A DNA stretch of 63,962 nt from Candidatus Omnitrophota bacterium (GTDB lineage Bacteria; Omnitrophota; Omnitrophia; Omnitrophales; Aquincolibacteriaceae), in NCBI GenBank assembly GCA_903884815.1, contig CAISGE010000065.1:1-63962 (forward strand). Reading direction: 5' to 3'. A program made the position numbers and the translations under genes. The stretch's first letter is position 1; every line of letters begins with the position of its first letter. Of the stretch, positions 62,701 to 63,962 are shown piece after piece. The notes below the pieces were generated by a model. It had not been told where the DNA came from, made no database searches, and was given only the letters and a program-made list of their open reading frames with translations.

Positions 62701-63962
62701 TCCCTTCGATCTGGACATTCGAGGGAACCGCGTTCCCTGTCGTGACGATCGAGATGCCGGTGTCGTTCGCGGCGGTCCCACCCGCAATGATGTTATTACG
62801 GACGTAGACATTGTTGCCGGTGACGGTGATCGCCACAGGAGTACCTGTGTCACCGCTATTAAGCGTCAGATTCTGGATCGTGTTGCCACCCAGCGCGAGG
62901 ATCGTCCCATTAAGCGTCACGGTTTCATTGTCCATCCCGAACAGGTCAACGCCCGACTTCAGAGTAAGCGTTCCGGTACTGTAAGTGCCCTCATGGATCA
63001 CGATCCTGTCGCCCGCCGCCGAGGCATTGATCATGTCCTGCAACGTCGTGGCCCCCATGTCCGTGGCATAAAAGTGGCGGATCGTCGTGCCGTCCGAAAG
63101 ATGCTCCGCCGCCACGCGATTCGACGCATCCGTGTCGGTTGACTCCACCGGCAGCGTGGGATCCAAATAACTCGACAAAAAGCCCGAGGTGACCCTCGTC
63201 GATTCGCTGAAGCTCCATCTCACAATGTTGTCGTAGAGGATGTCGCCTGTGGTTGGATTGGCCGCACACAGCACGCCGGTCTGAGGGGCCAGAAAATATC
63301 CCGCAGCCACCAATGCCGCTGCGGTTATCACCGCGCCGGTCGCGTCATGGGCTTCATAAACAGTCCCATTCTTCACCACAGCTGCAACAATCCCCGCTGG
63401 CACCGCTATCACTTGGGGGACTTCATTTACGACACGATTGAGGCCGAAACTTCGCCCCGTTTGCTCATCCTTGTAGCTATAATTGACATCTTCGCCTCGG
63501 ATCGTCATGGAGTAGGTGTCGCCAGTATCCATCATCCCGGTCGCCTCATCGTACAGATCATAATAGTCAGAATCCTCACCAATATTTCCTCCAACCGACC
63601 GGAATGCCGCCATCGTCATCTCGACCGACTCCGAAAAGCTCAAACCCTGTTGGTGATACAATTTCCCGTCGACAACAGAATACCCGGCAGCTCTTCCAGA
63701 ATCCGTCAGTTCATAGCTTCCTTCCGTACCGCTGCGGTAGGAAGCATTAATTTCCGTCCACGCCGTTTGCGTTAGTTGAGAAACAGGGCTGAGGCTAAAC
63801 CGGCGGCCGGATTCTTTATCCGTCCAGCTGTAGCTTGTCTCGGTGCCCGTCGTCGTCATTGAGAACGAATCGGTCGCGTTCAGTTTGGAACTCACCGCGT
63901 CATACGCCGCCTGTTCCGCGGGAGAAAGAGAGCCCGCCGCAACCCTGGACTGGAAGGCCGCA
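41729..63962 (-). CDS. Giant multi-domain surface/membrane protein, 5'-partial (at least 7,410 aa in window)
   Basis: The ORF-track start (63895) is an internal GTG. I translated 63896-63961 in the same frame and found no stop (...AAFQSRVAAGSLSPAEQAAYDAV-SSKLNATDSF...), so the gene continues beyond the window edge. Confidence 0.9.
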   Translation of the reverse strand, partial: AAFQSRVAAGSLSPAEQAAYDAVSSKLNATDSFSMTTTGTETSYSWTDKESGRRFSLSPVSQLTQTAWTEINASYRSGTEGSYELTDSGRAAGYSVVDGKLYHQQGLSFSESVEMTMAAFRSVGGNIGEDSDYYDLYDEATGMMDTGDTYSMTIRGEDVNYSYKDEQTGRSFGLNRVVNEVPQVIAVPAGIVAAVVKNGTVYEAHDATGAVITAAALVAAGYFLAPQTGVLCAANPTTGDILYDNIVRWSFSESTRVTSGFLSSYLDPTLPVESTDTDASNRVAAEHLSDGTTIRHFYATDMGATTLQDMINASAAGDRIVIHEGTYSTGTLTLKSGVDLFGMDNETVTLNGTILALGGNTIQNLTLNSGDTGTPVAITVTGNNVYVRNNIIAGGTAANDTGISIVTTGNAVPSNVQIEGNVIRGYANAILSANDNTSVRFNTFDGNTNGIYLQPGQAPAISHNIFSATTGAPVYTDPMTADNFKAYAQRLLTAGSISRTLYDSLVGDMNDANDTFSLTMNGDALSYVFHDASTGLNYSLSQSPGRVAYAGEIAVSAAGILASGLIIDSATHDVTNSAGVKQTDYRYDATGAGTYYRTLRTGTAGNYVLIASALTDGFFLVGDQVYRLEDWDFSAVTPSSMTDFTTAAGHLGAGSPGYAAYQRLLGNYTWADLDASFYTVTPGTGGAADTYALTSAGQQAGYSINLTTHLPQRASLIDDQDIFTKTGSGENLRYGFTDRQTGQTYSLSVSVARTYFNWATIPQNLLVKTPVTADAITAAGFTVNSTTHAVTNAAGTTVSGYGYDETIGFYETGAATYSLTTSGIDAGYIVYSGSAYRIEAALTEAQFRNNATAAGVTIPQTILNAMVGGGDSFSVWVNQATGGMSYVYRDKDSSATFSFDVAAPATHTAQISYAWADLPSTYKNADGTLTAAGTAAGFSGDNTAGVARTETIISMADFVAYAGGLTGDALARYQAATMDGATSLLDSSDTFTIYTNLTDGSVTFNFRNSGTTAKSFTFAQNNRFMKVDWGSDLMASTSWVGRAAHYALNADGLAAGYISNAGQLYKEQTNASFTVPKAAPFTNRALSNIADNVIFDIASAHPTSGTISILSGQNWLGTTNVTLESSAPFVDAAHNNYALPSAPVYAGYGAVLPASQQAQLQLEADHSRYVASRVAAGKPYIADMYQWQSYKAALVSLQGTNTEITMMVSGKTTSFAWTSSDKTTSFNLSISPTYIDGSTVPVMEASFDAKIRVTKAVALSYSVSLPANQRSAFTAAITAGKEFFMSANGRDRSITWTTENGRFDHSLSVNGSLGTASYSVRRTASAAEVRSILALLPADAVSSERDLLEAALNADTTQTDFYMNSSMTNQSYNWTVPNTSTRHTVSVDLTNPNGATASYSVQSRVSQAAMEQNLATTPANASAGNFNRIFDGEQRDSLHQALVTVSAGTAFFQESQEGRTSYSWSSMDGLTSHTVQDDAAGDPNRFTYRSQTQVSAETAARETARQGDLTAAQTAELVLALVAFAGATFYRSVTDGEASFSWSSFVSIGAGIWTSVSNTLRSVTGQGFTWTDDRTVAQSAHPMAVTWNDPAWAGQDLSYTRTYNSTIAGSTLASESYSVTSRDGLTTRSASRENGATAWTQSEAITHRDTKNHPVSFTPGGAFFDFEGHQGDWIETRDNLSASFEPVPATTYSLRMQERNAAGALTGRTFIINAKHDSIFNKTALDYKLTIQEQEHNTIHQGMRGDWLKMATDLGSGFVVLNDASHRTDYALQLTRSAGLSEFTYSISGYADASYTRGDLELSVTERKWGSLQVQVPLSVDPSGYHTYQGSLSKIASGLGLNFEVTDWTQYSTNFSAVDASGFETGKTYITSGLNAAFQETNPDLTLRSIKEDVPMTLLGDDNLPRQVIDPLTHQLRTLSGTWTRNYGGLDASFAITGDSDFSQSFTDGDVTYSISGYNSTFSGQGADQQLEFSVSVREFDSVAKPNFYGDAPARGTAYRGNGTQTWSNLGANFGAIVGSEFSRSLEVRNAAGLATGLTVTISGYSSAAAMKDPLNLAKDRLKYSSSIREVGTGWTRSSSNLNSDFTSRSGSTHSRTLTVGRTTYSISGYNSQFTAAANTRLKYSTQVVSFKTRTFTRGDGTTFTVTGKWTEVKGNLDSTFNVTAETQYSLQIDKELTIGGITGIWTQSYSNLDSNFQAIERSQFSRQIEKDGTTYIISGYNVDFTDTEISTDAILAQAGYTIDANHNVLKGGVIQTDYRYEAGTGKYYHWVGLERSTRQEQFATDHFGITGDWNLVRSKLGGNFEYVAASETQLERLLGEITINGLLGDWTEIYSNLPQDLATLANSPNPMLRMSQGDTTYMISNYGNSYSAQTFVNGSSDYDYGMQIQTYNGTVRGLTGDWVQSISSLASNWTVRTSTDFGLQLTREELTYNVSGYTSLAYNDPIDKLSLSVSMKRPTNEGLAANLNNLNDPSSASAAVIAGRQATRIWSIDNVENAFTNYQANVLSYSDQLDVSVKGDGSYMISASYFMDAPGTQVLTGAARTDALAFLGTVTLDPDVRAFLDSLRGLNNSNITGDISKITRATAAGTETGYQFTVGTGSAAKIYSLYSSFVPNPDGTTGSQRLVWGFHEQATKNGVTISKVIPGSQGKKHEITGYADLTFTSIESIILQEKLSDGNTSTTSYYIRNISTLTLAQVNAMPEGDAKAALQAALAANPAVGVITKLTDDFNTQFSWTDADNHVHTLTSKDENALSGSTYATNKVWIHSTDATTLWKVKGSEASYTTTIDLGRNVTRTIVFADAAHTRIVGVSDALSGAVINRGMADIRVIQYDASMFSNVTYAQLPTLAASNFVGDSLTVTAYNVDGSIRDKSTYGFPPRAQDIPVGYESVATAGPTVPSGAEFNINLGTPTQDQVLSLLLEDTGSFGVNFATLANGANFTRVGLTNVTGLTEEALCDNNPDTYVFNLADQTPQSFTQLGIVNLSSAQPINQITLDIYTPDGLQHQDFQVEVMKSDGSWVTLTTPVVSAADYKGKLVINFETTTTQHIRISVKNNAPTTATSPRTWLTGITATRQLTEETFPVSLQVFKGYQPGTTTEIWETVGSAATVKAGERFQIPVFQLPATMSGNQRMRVVLSGYPAPLFLQEAELYRAPVAGVTPPSTVSTALATWGETGHQYLTQKALYVGGRGFELQLVQLNVIKVNGVEVVDTASEYFYEDNAGNLKNAQEAIGQHWQLRMSEMRDLSGYEQRGMIPVGTLTGSALSSWIAERSTQPLGLDTSERSVVTVVMADAYTANNWVTNEWETNTYDLRAYGGSADPGVVAYSVDFGATTDAKLLSLEYEAPAGAQLLIKVYDTSSTGATLTTFKSYTMTSPGQLINMAAGLKGIHKVEISWANHASFSSSQAVMLNGESQTGTAFTVYKDVFGVGVSGASSAVSRSLFSDWVNLVDEPVLDFTLSGNSVRTIAMSAAGSNFSTVSEATPILTGSSIVYSADFSYTATSTNWQMAVANQYAAFGSGGSLVDRVGIALKNGKFYIQGYNVPGLTNNSDVLVTGLTPTVGKDYTVEFSLVSGTTDTLQIFLYEKGTTKPLTATKTITGLNWNAIVVQSKLTSGAAVTLSNFLQKTDGKTVEPKIVDPATVTVTTPTVTYNLGVPMRIRNGDDSSAAGYHDIALSRFHDSNGYYYKILVDGKPIENTPGHPEYDYYYYDPFDDKPENVSFDLSHPGELVLKIGDRDVYRGSNAGWSKAQFVGDLGTGTILLGDIEATAYQQSFEPLNLNFGNTLYARKFDITVSNISAVAAATFNVEVCATISCSANSSDWKQIGTISLDAGKETTQSFTLSGDLAALAGEHQVRIVTENSALSGLLNVTHVGVATGWSDASQTAYAQTKFNNGALIQRQYFRGNGQGQDYTVYYDTDGSVKTYQKAVYLVGTQFATNDSICAFLHYYPDGAIDAQAVGTQPDDLLAKIQLTNVYAGVGQAMGLSAKEQPLVTQLATDATFQQLLTNATSNNQVAKFGMQILASADVTRSLPPATVLTDSQTQTFDTLAGIAPVTPLLYNVNFLTPANATVTPIDSSVMNPSVMIGGAATTNSSVWDILALGYDPDSYTYLDAVGEPVPVARITLNAARMMDTVGVEFGPQPNLSYGYKIMVAGTDGVFTEVSPAGATGNGTAENISFAAREVKYIEIWAARVGTSHSRVLIQSVTAKLMGVSSGPFPAPASGQTNYAPDVSVAQGVQFGSGAVVVQGTATQPDLILGDIQTLKNGFSTELDFTMSASGRDDWIGFDNGLNPSDEHYRAFILRQGDLPLDGNSADTYSARTTAGFYDYTGSDTTSRWNAVGDLFTVDKNKTYTLKAEVVHGWLMISFGEKGKPETFHTLYTAEVKDDSWSELRWGAFSAKGSVSGTTTSGTITITELRTSVPSGSTVSTFDGALSLAPLPTAPLIPVELGSETNDYINNGANYATLVESTLATPQVIDTVTVTLRGDYSGTPIIAIAGSDGNYRDVTPSNFPYAPGVPVSISFSAQQVKYIRVSAAPNDYDVPLGLMSVTAQYFGVSSLPFAGPGNIQNVTGYTPPAGVATAVGVAFGGGVAVVQGSAVVPELILGNVQSLVNDLSMSLDFTMDALGKNDWIGFDNGLNPQDKNYQAFVLRQGDVATDGNIYNGLNATGMVGFMQYSGAATTPTWIPKDNQFAMDPAKTYTLQAKVKDGMLMISFGEKGKPSSFRNVYSVEVGDDTWENIRFGAFADAHGKVTISEVRIDSPLAFQASPIFEERLSTRSYNYYDSATGAMQRTEDFKSVWQATGSTEGFVFQKERVTYYRDGGDRISYIVNYKDGTVPGTRVPDTYSVYVYDERAGLNGSSTALTRIDEYTASGEIDVVNAIRGPPVAMNDRDVLIHTTFFNTSAEYAAMNVVGSDGKTELQRLGQDYYDPAVYGAKAVVVQDYKLVVTPSPESGLLLSQDLINSSLINNGLMVAAYGRTFQVYDSRTQALKRSDLYSTTFATPTSTVTATTPGAPPVGLRGTVMGSSVSTTSGGPWTANGTSIWSSWGGAVSYTMDFGAQASDWALQISTSNYHDKPVWWAPFGISVLVDGVKVGDISTSATATDEATLSFSKALSGTHQVTLSWAGQAPYYVRGSGNDLENWLGINSVRLWGATPESVGPTYTGSQEYLSQQTFYRPDGNVDYTERIDYVQTPGSTSPYDIQSEVTRTQSYYYEDGVQPPIITHQVSRANGYITSAVYFNTGIELARAGRVSLPWIDLQTDTPPSGKYGVLAVQSLDVGKDLHSDKFETAMLGATVSELHYGTDGILDRTDRYSFSQSEGKQLDSSTFYKADGVSISRIERQDEYNRLATIETYVYGTGLLSDRILYVETQSLNFTETVDPAHLAQTPPVTYGAAVWVVTNRAYYDYSASGSARQVATVQQPSGIRSTYAFDPHGVLVSITDVHRNGQILSRTFFADGKRFETFHYGLDQSHVQTTVYKYDRYGALRSTTMTDFSTLHTVVADLAGAKGLEYRTGFTEYDRSGNVWATTLIDTNEWGAITTTVQNHLTVSSANDLTQSTVVIYTDLLGNRVLQYSWSAYEARIGAAHTEFNYVTDSYGRVMSSTKREPSSNGATYTTYYATDYVYNGTDDIVGWTDTAAGSHTSYQTRLTLANNRMSSVSKYRSVTGTTTSGWSAGTTSAWASDRQIKAQQEAARSAQVRMKELKKISKQVESLVKNADAALAGTTDAAAISKIYSDLSTQLRRLSSRAERLGVDVGTNAAYMLKAVAVYLDSSNIKKGFTMSVLDALGNFARGDQTALVIDQFGTNLEGGTVLIFVATSSTQLNAQGVLQRTYIGYAPETRSNYATMLRTFSRADPSRVITETIWGLQVTQKRQTSVETRHYNYDGDKLLSVDRQIKVKTKSGSGIFGSTSTYTRKSVVFFNEDYARSYAAANNLTLDKVGFKNGVFEGGEHVTSEKTKVSGGILGQIIMAIIAIIVSVISWGAATPAMAAMFGTYGAAMSAFATAISTVLGVSMPMAATIVGGIMGAVVRAIGTYLSTGSLSAALTTLGVGVLTSIVSTWATANLNDFLSNTDFGKWLGSLSTPTNYSFFGAMVQSFVPNAIVGGILGGIAAVVQGKSFFAGMLGGIVMAAVGAVIGAIAGSLKQLGTVGKTPTNLEPTPAQKNLGFGSFSDISEKGGWGAIMQGIGRRLLTDVLIPQVIDAALKKSPNDAGLTEKSLWDTVLSDGLKGGFSAAFGGMYDAQFGGASFGAIDFAAAFLSGFASGAQSAFYSESLITIGGEKWGQALAGLLLTPIQTLIQSLTTPSKSFDAQKGAKELKEHGITEEDYKNNRVVTLRDGVQVRLSYDEQHGWMQTIISTNLSINPVITMEAFAMLVTQIGLIGEAAPSVLNQLIDREATKADKEPKNITNVRVDQSREDFASIEYENVRLDGFKDEISLGMRGVREDGSKVDLLSQKDIAALNEIGRELSAKLGASVDLSIGDHLVAFGNMLQQGLAGLLGDQVSFDAKMIRFNVAEFSYKGETFTNVAFEVTSDSVTSFYKDLGTDWIVKSGDMGSLLDLMVGIRDLAKELGITNFMTQFRDALDPTSKGAALLILFGDRLQSMLKAGQSVSANFKMYHEKGDRDLNVRLTWTAKDVTYEFTAFGKDGAQIDVKGIVGNTREALHDIKAIADLALDFNLNFIAANAKDLIGFGDALQSMLGKGENGLYAKEVTITFYRNGVKFGDFTFTSNSVSFQGVRLAGAKGFIDIAGKTDGMKNALASIQTLEQFASRLDLTNVGDMQKLSQFVVQNFASLNLSQLAIKFYLADGSLFGSFQFDPEGGTFKDVKIAGKNGSFLNLNGAFAMNEQGVAGVFSKVDKIQKEVASGNYDLGDRKDVSKLSSFIFKNILMPELAGAEGLVTTEAENVGRGVIGISIFEKNGNLLGDFELLLKQEGGKYFQELRMSNVSVMGKNGSSMKFGGTMRQEMAGEDSGATLMGAAFANIDTVRNIASKFNLFNYSVSVNKDGSFAFPPDGAVAFGKALADAFQSGQFALMTHLAPGFYANSKEVFAVFKEALGDKVIEFMDVTLVAADGGKIPWSGKADSVPEAVSEINTLKAAAATHKTGNLSENLVLFRDMLNAGASNQQIAEATTRLLSALPGNVLLDVLNSAGQVIGKTGFIRQANGAALPFCVLNLDKPGSEIFQYRDGKGWQTKTIERDQVLKDINAVNTAKQYGGDQIKENTITSLKDSPELLNLLLNTAMGLGIIKYKQGIFLGDALKPIVDVIYVPATFAKNGSLLKNSFAAIADGSSLKVSVGGGKFQSVGTSEEVLKTVKELGAVGANLLGTKENPILGDEIRKMNFTLGGTLVEEALRNFILTAANQFGLTQFYDTALFGGGEESRRGPAHQILRQEARAECGVCRGQ
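41809..41815 (-). other. G7 (plus-strand C7) homopolymer at which the two giant ORFs change frame
   Basis: Coding strand as given: ...ctt ttc ggc ggg ggg gaa gaa tct cgg..., running to a TAA 26 codons later with an Arg-rich tail. With one G fewer it reads ...ttc ggc ggg ggg aag aat ctc ggc gcg gtc cag ctc atc aaa tat tac gac aag aag ctc ggg cag aat GTG gag tat..., directly into the downstream ORF. Confidence 0.85.
45500..46080 (-). other. Transmembrane-helix cluster 1 (giant protein, upstream ORF)
   Basis: GGILGQIIMAIIAIIVSVISWGAA (about 46000-46075), AMFGTYGAAMSAFATAISTVLGV, MAATIVGGIMGAVVRAIG, LTTLGVGVLTSIVSTWA, AIVGGILGGIAAVV, FFAGMLGGIVMAAVGAVIGAIAG (45541-45600). About 5-6 helices by eye. 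Confidence 0.7.
46250..49650 (-). repeat. YD/RHS-like repeat region
   Basis: Many matches to the YD pattern (Y.YD..G.(L/V)): YKYDRYGALRS (47461-47520), TEYDRSGNVWA, YVTDSYGRVMS, YNYDGDKLLS, YAFDPHGVLVS, FYRPDGNVDYTERIDY, FYKADGVSISRIE, YYRDGGDRISYIVNY. Confidence 0.55.
49680..51810 (-). repeat. Tandem duplication of a supermodule of about 340 aa (discoidin/CBM-like beta-sandwich plus concanavalin/LamG-like domain)
   Basis: Copy A: ...VKYIEIWAARVG...VQFGSGAVVVQGTATQPDLILGDIQTLKNGFSTELDFTMSASGRDDWIGFDNGLNPSDEHYRAFILRQGD...GWLMISFGEKGKPETF. Copy B: ...VKYIRVSAAPND...VAFGGGVAVVQGSAVVPELILGNVQSLVNDLSMSLDFTMDALGKNDWIGFDNGLNPQDKNYQAFVLRQGD...GMLMISFGEKGKPSSF. DNA similarity is still visible (gcctttttcgccaaa.gagatcatgagc at about 49805 and about 50850). 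Confidence 0.8.
52300..55230 (-). other. Series of beta-sandwich, carbohydrate-binding-module-like domains (discoidin/F5-8 type C-like, CBM6/35-like, ConA-like)
   Basis: Examples: ...INQITLDIYTPDGLQHQDFQVEVMKSDGSWVTL...QHIRISVKNN (54740-55230), AYSVDFGATTDAKLLSLEYEAPAGAQLLIKVYD...HKVEISWANH, and FSYTATSTNWQMAVAN...GKFYIQGYN...DYTVEFSL. Fold class assigned by sequence pattern only. Confidence 0.5.
56560..58700 (-). repeat. 'TY.ISGY' repeat region
   Basis: Recurrent T(Y).(I/V)SGY(N/A/S/T)S...(L)(K/E)(Y/F)S..(V) blocks alternating with G(D/I)W(T)..(Y/K)(S/G)NL.S.F........S(R).L blocks. EFTYSISGYADASY at 58561-58620, RTTYSISGYNSQFTAAANTR at 57601-57660, LTYNVSGYTS at 56641-56690. Confidence 0.7.
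59300..63962 (-). repeat. Degenerate N-terminal repeat array with signature (S/T)(Y/F).(W/F/Y)(T/S/R/K)D....G..(F/Y/H)(S/T)(L/F)(S)
   Basis: SYSWTDKESGRRFSLS, NYSYKDEQTGRSFGLN, SYVFHDASTGLNYSLS, RYGFTDRQTGQTYSLS, SYVYRDKDSSATFSFD, TFNFRNSGTTAKSFTF, SFAWTSSDKTTSFNLS, SITWTTENGRFDHSLS, SYNWTVPNTSTRHTVS, SYSWSSMDGLTSHTVQ (59521-59580). Spacing is about 100-150 aa. Confidence 0.7.
62540..63070 (-). other. Right-handed parallel beta-helix (PbH1 / pectin-lyase-fold-like) domain
   Basis: TTLQDMINASAAGDRIVIHEGTYSTGTLTLKSGVDLFG...GNTIQNLTLNSG...GNNVYVRNNIIAGG...SNVQIEGNVIRGY...SVRFNTFDGNTNGIYL...ISHNIFSA. Periodic N.(I/V)..N coils. Confidence 0.7.

Noticed and set aside
20602-63775. Many plus-strand ORFs of 60-479 aa inside the giant-gene region (for example 27091-28143, 29038-30000, 45353-46663, 50534-51640, 51830-52936, 56687-57799, 61232-62671).
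   Set aside because: All lie antisense to the uninterrupted 21-22 kb minus-strand frames. They are Arg/Gly/Pro-rich with low-complexity composition, typical of shadow ORFs in GC-rich coding DNA, and have no recognisable motifs.
20278-63962. Giant locus as a horizontally acquired island or prophage-like element.
   Set aside because: No integrase, transposase, tRNA attachment site or flanking direct repeats are visible at the one boundary in the window. Base composition looks similar to the housekeeping part by eye, though I did not compute it. The other boundary lies outside the window.

Overview
Bacterial chromosomal window of about 64 kb, coding almost entirely on the minus strand. I saw no rRNA, tRNA, CRISPR array, transposase or integrase. 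Positions 1-4.3 kb hold a compact type IV pilus / T2SS-like operon: a CheY-like receiver, a GspE/PilB ATPase, a GspF/PilC platform protein and two tandem pilin paralogues. Positions 4.3-20.2 kb hold tightly packed housekeeping genes, several with ATGA/TAATG start-stop overlaps: rdgB, rph, queE, queC, murI, an aminotransferase, a lysine-less lipoyl-like protein, lipA, nnrE, a coiled-coil protein, dus, mgtE, a HAD hydrolase, orn, a hypothetical, a YibQ-like deacetylase-fold protein and miaB. Positions 20.3-64.0 kb (68% of the window) hold two head-to-tail giant ORFs. One is 7,157 aa. The other is at least 7,410 aa and is still open at the window edge. The two overlap by 23 nt, and hand translation shows they differ only by a +1 frame change at a G7 homopolymer (plus-strand C7 at 41809-41815). 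Removing one G fuses them into a single ORF of at least 14,560 aa, and the same repeat-module architecture continues across the junction. Reading N- to C-terminus, the giant protein(s) contain: a degenerate N-terminal repeat array with a right-handed beta-helix; many beta-sandwich / carbohydrate-binding-like modules including a duplicated supermodule; a YD/RHS-like repeat region; two multi-helix transmembrane clusters; a divergent SecA-like DEAD motor ATPase; a clan-MH (M42-like) metallopeptidase-like domain; and a C-terminal HExxH..Q zincin-like motif. As far as I recall, this combination (giant size, many TM helices, a divergent SecA DEAD-like domain, T2SS/T4P-like genes nearby) matches reports for metagenome-derived giant genes of Ca. 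Omnitrophota. That taxonomic assignment is an inference, not demonstrated here. All domain calls come from motif recognition by eye. No HMM, BLAST or structure searches were run.
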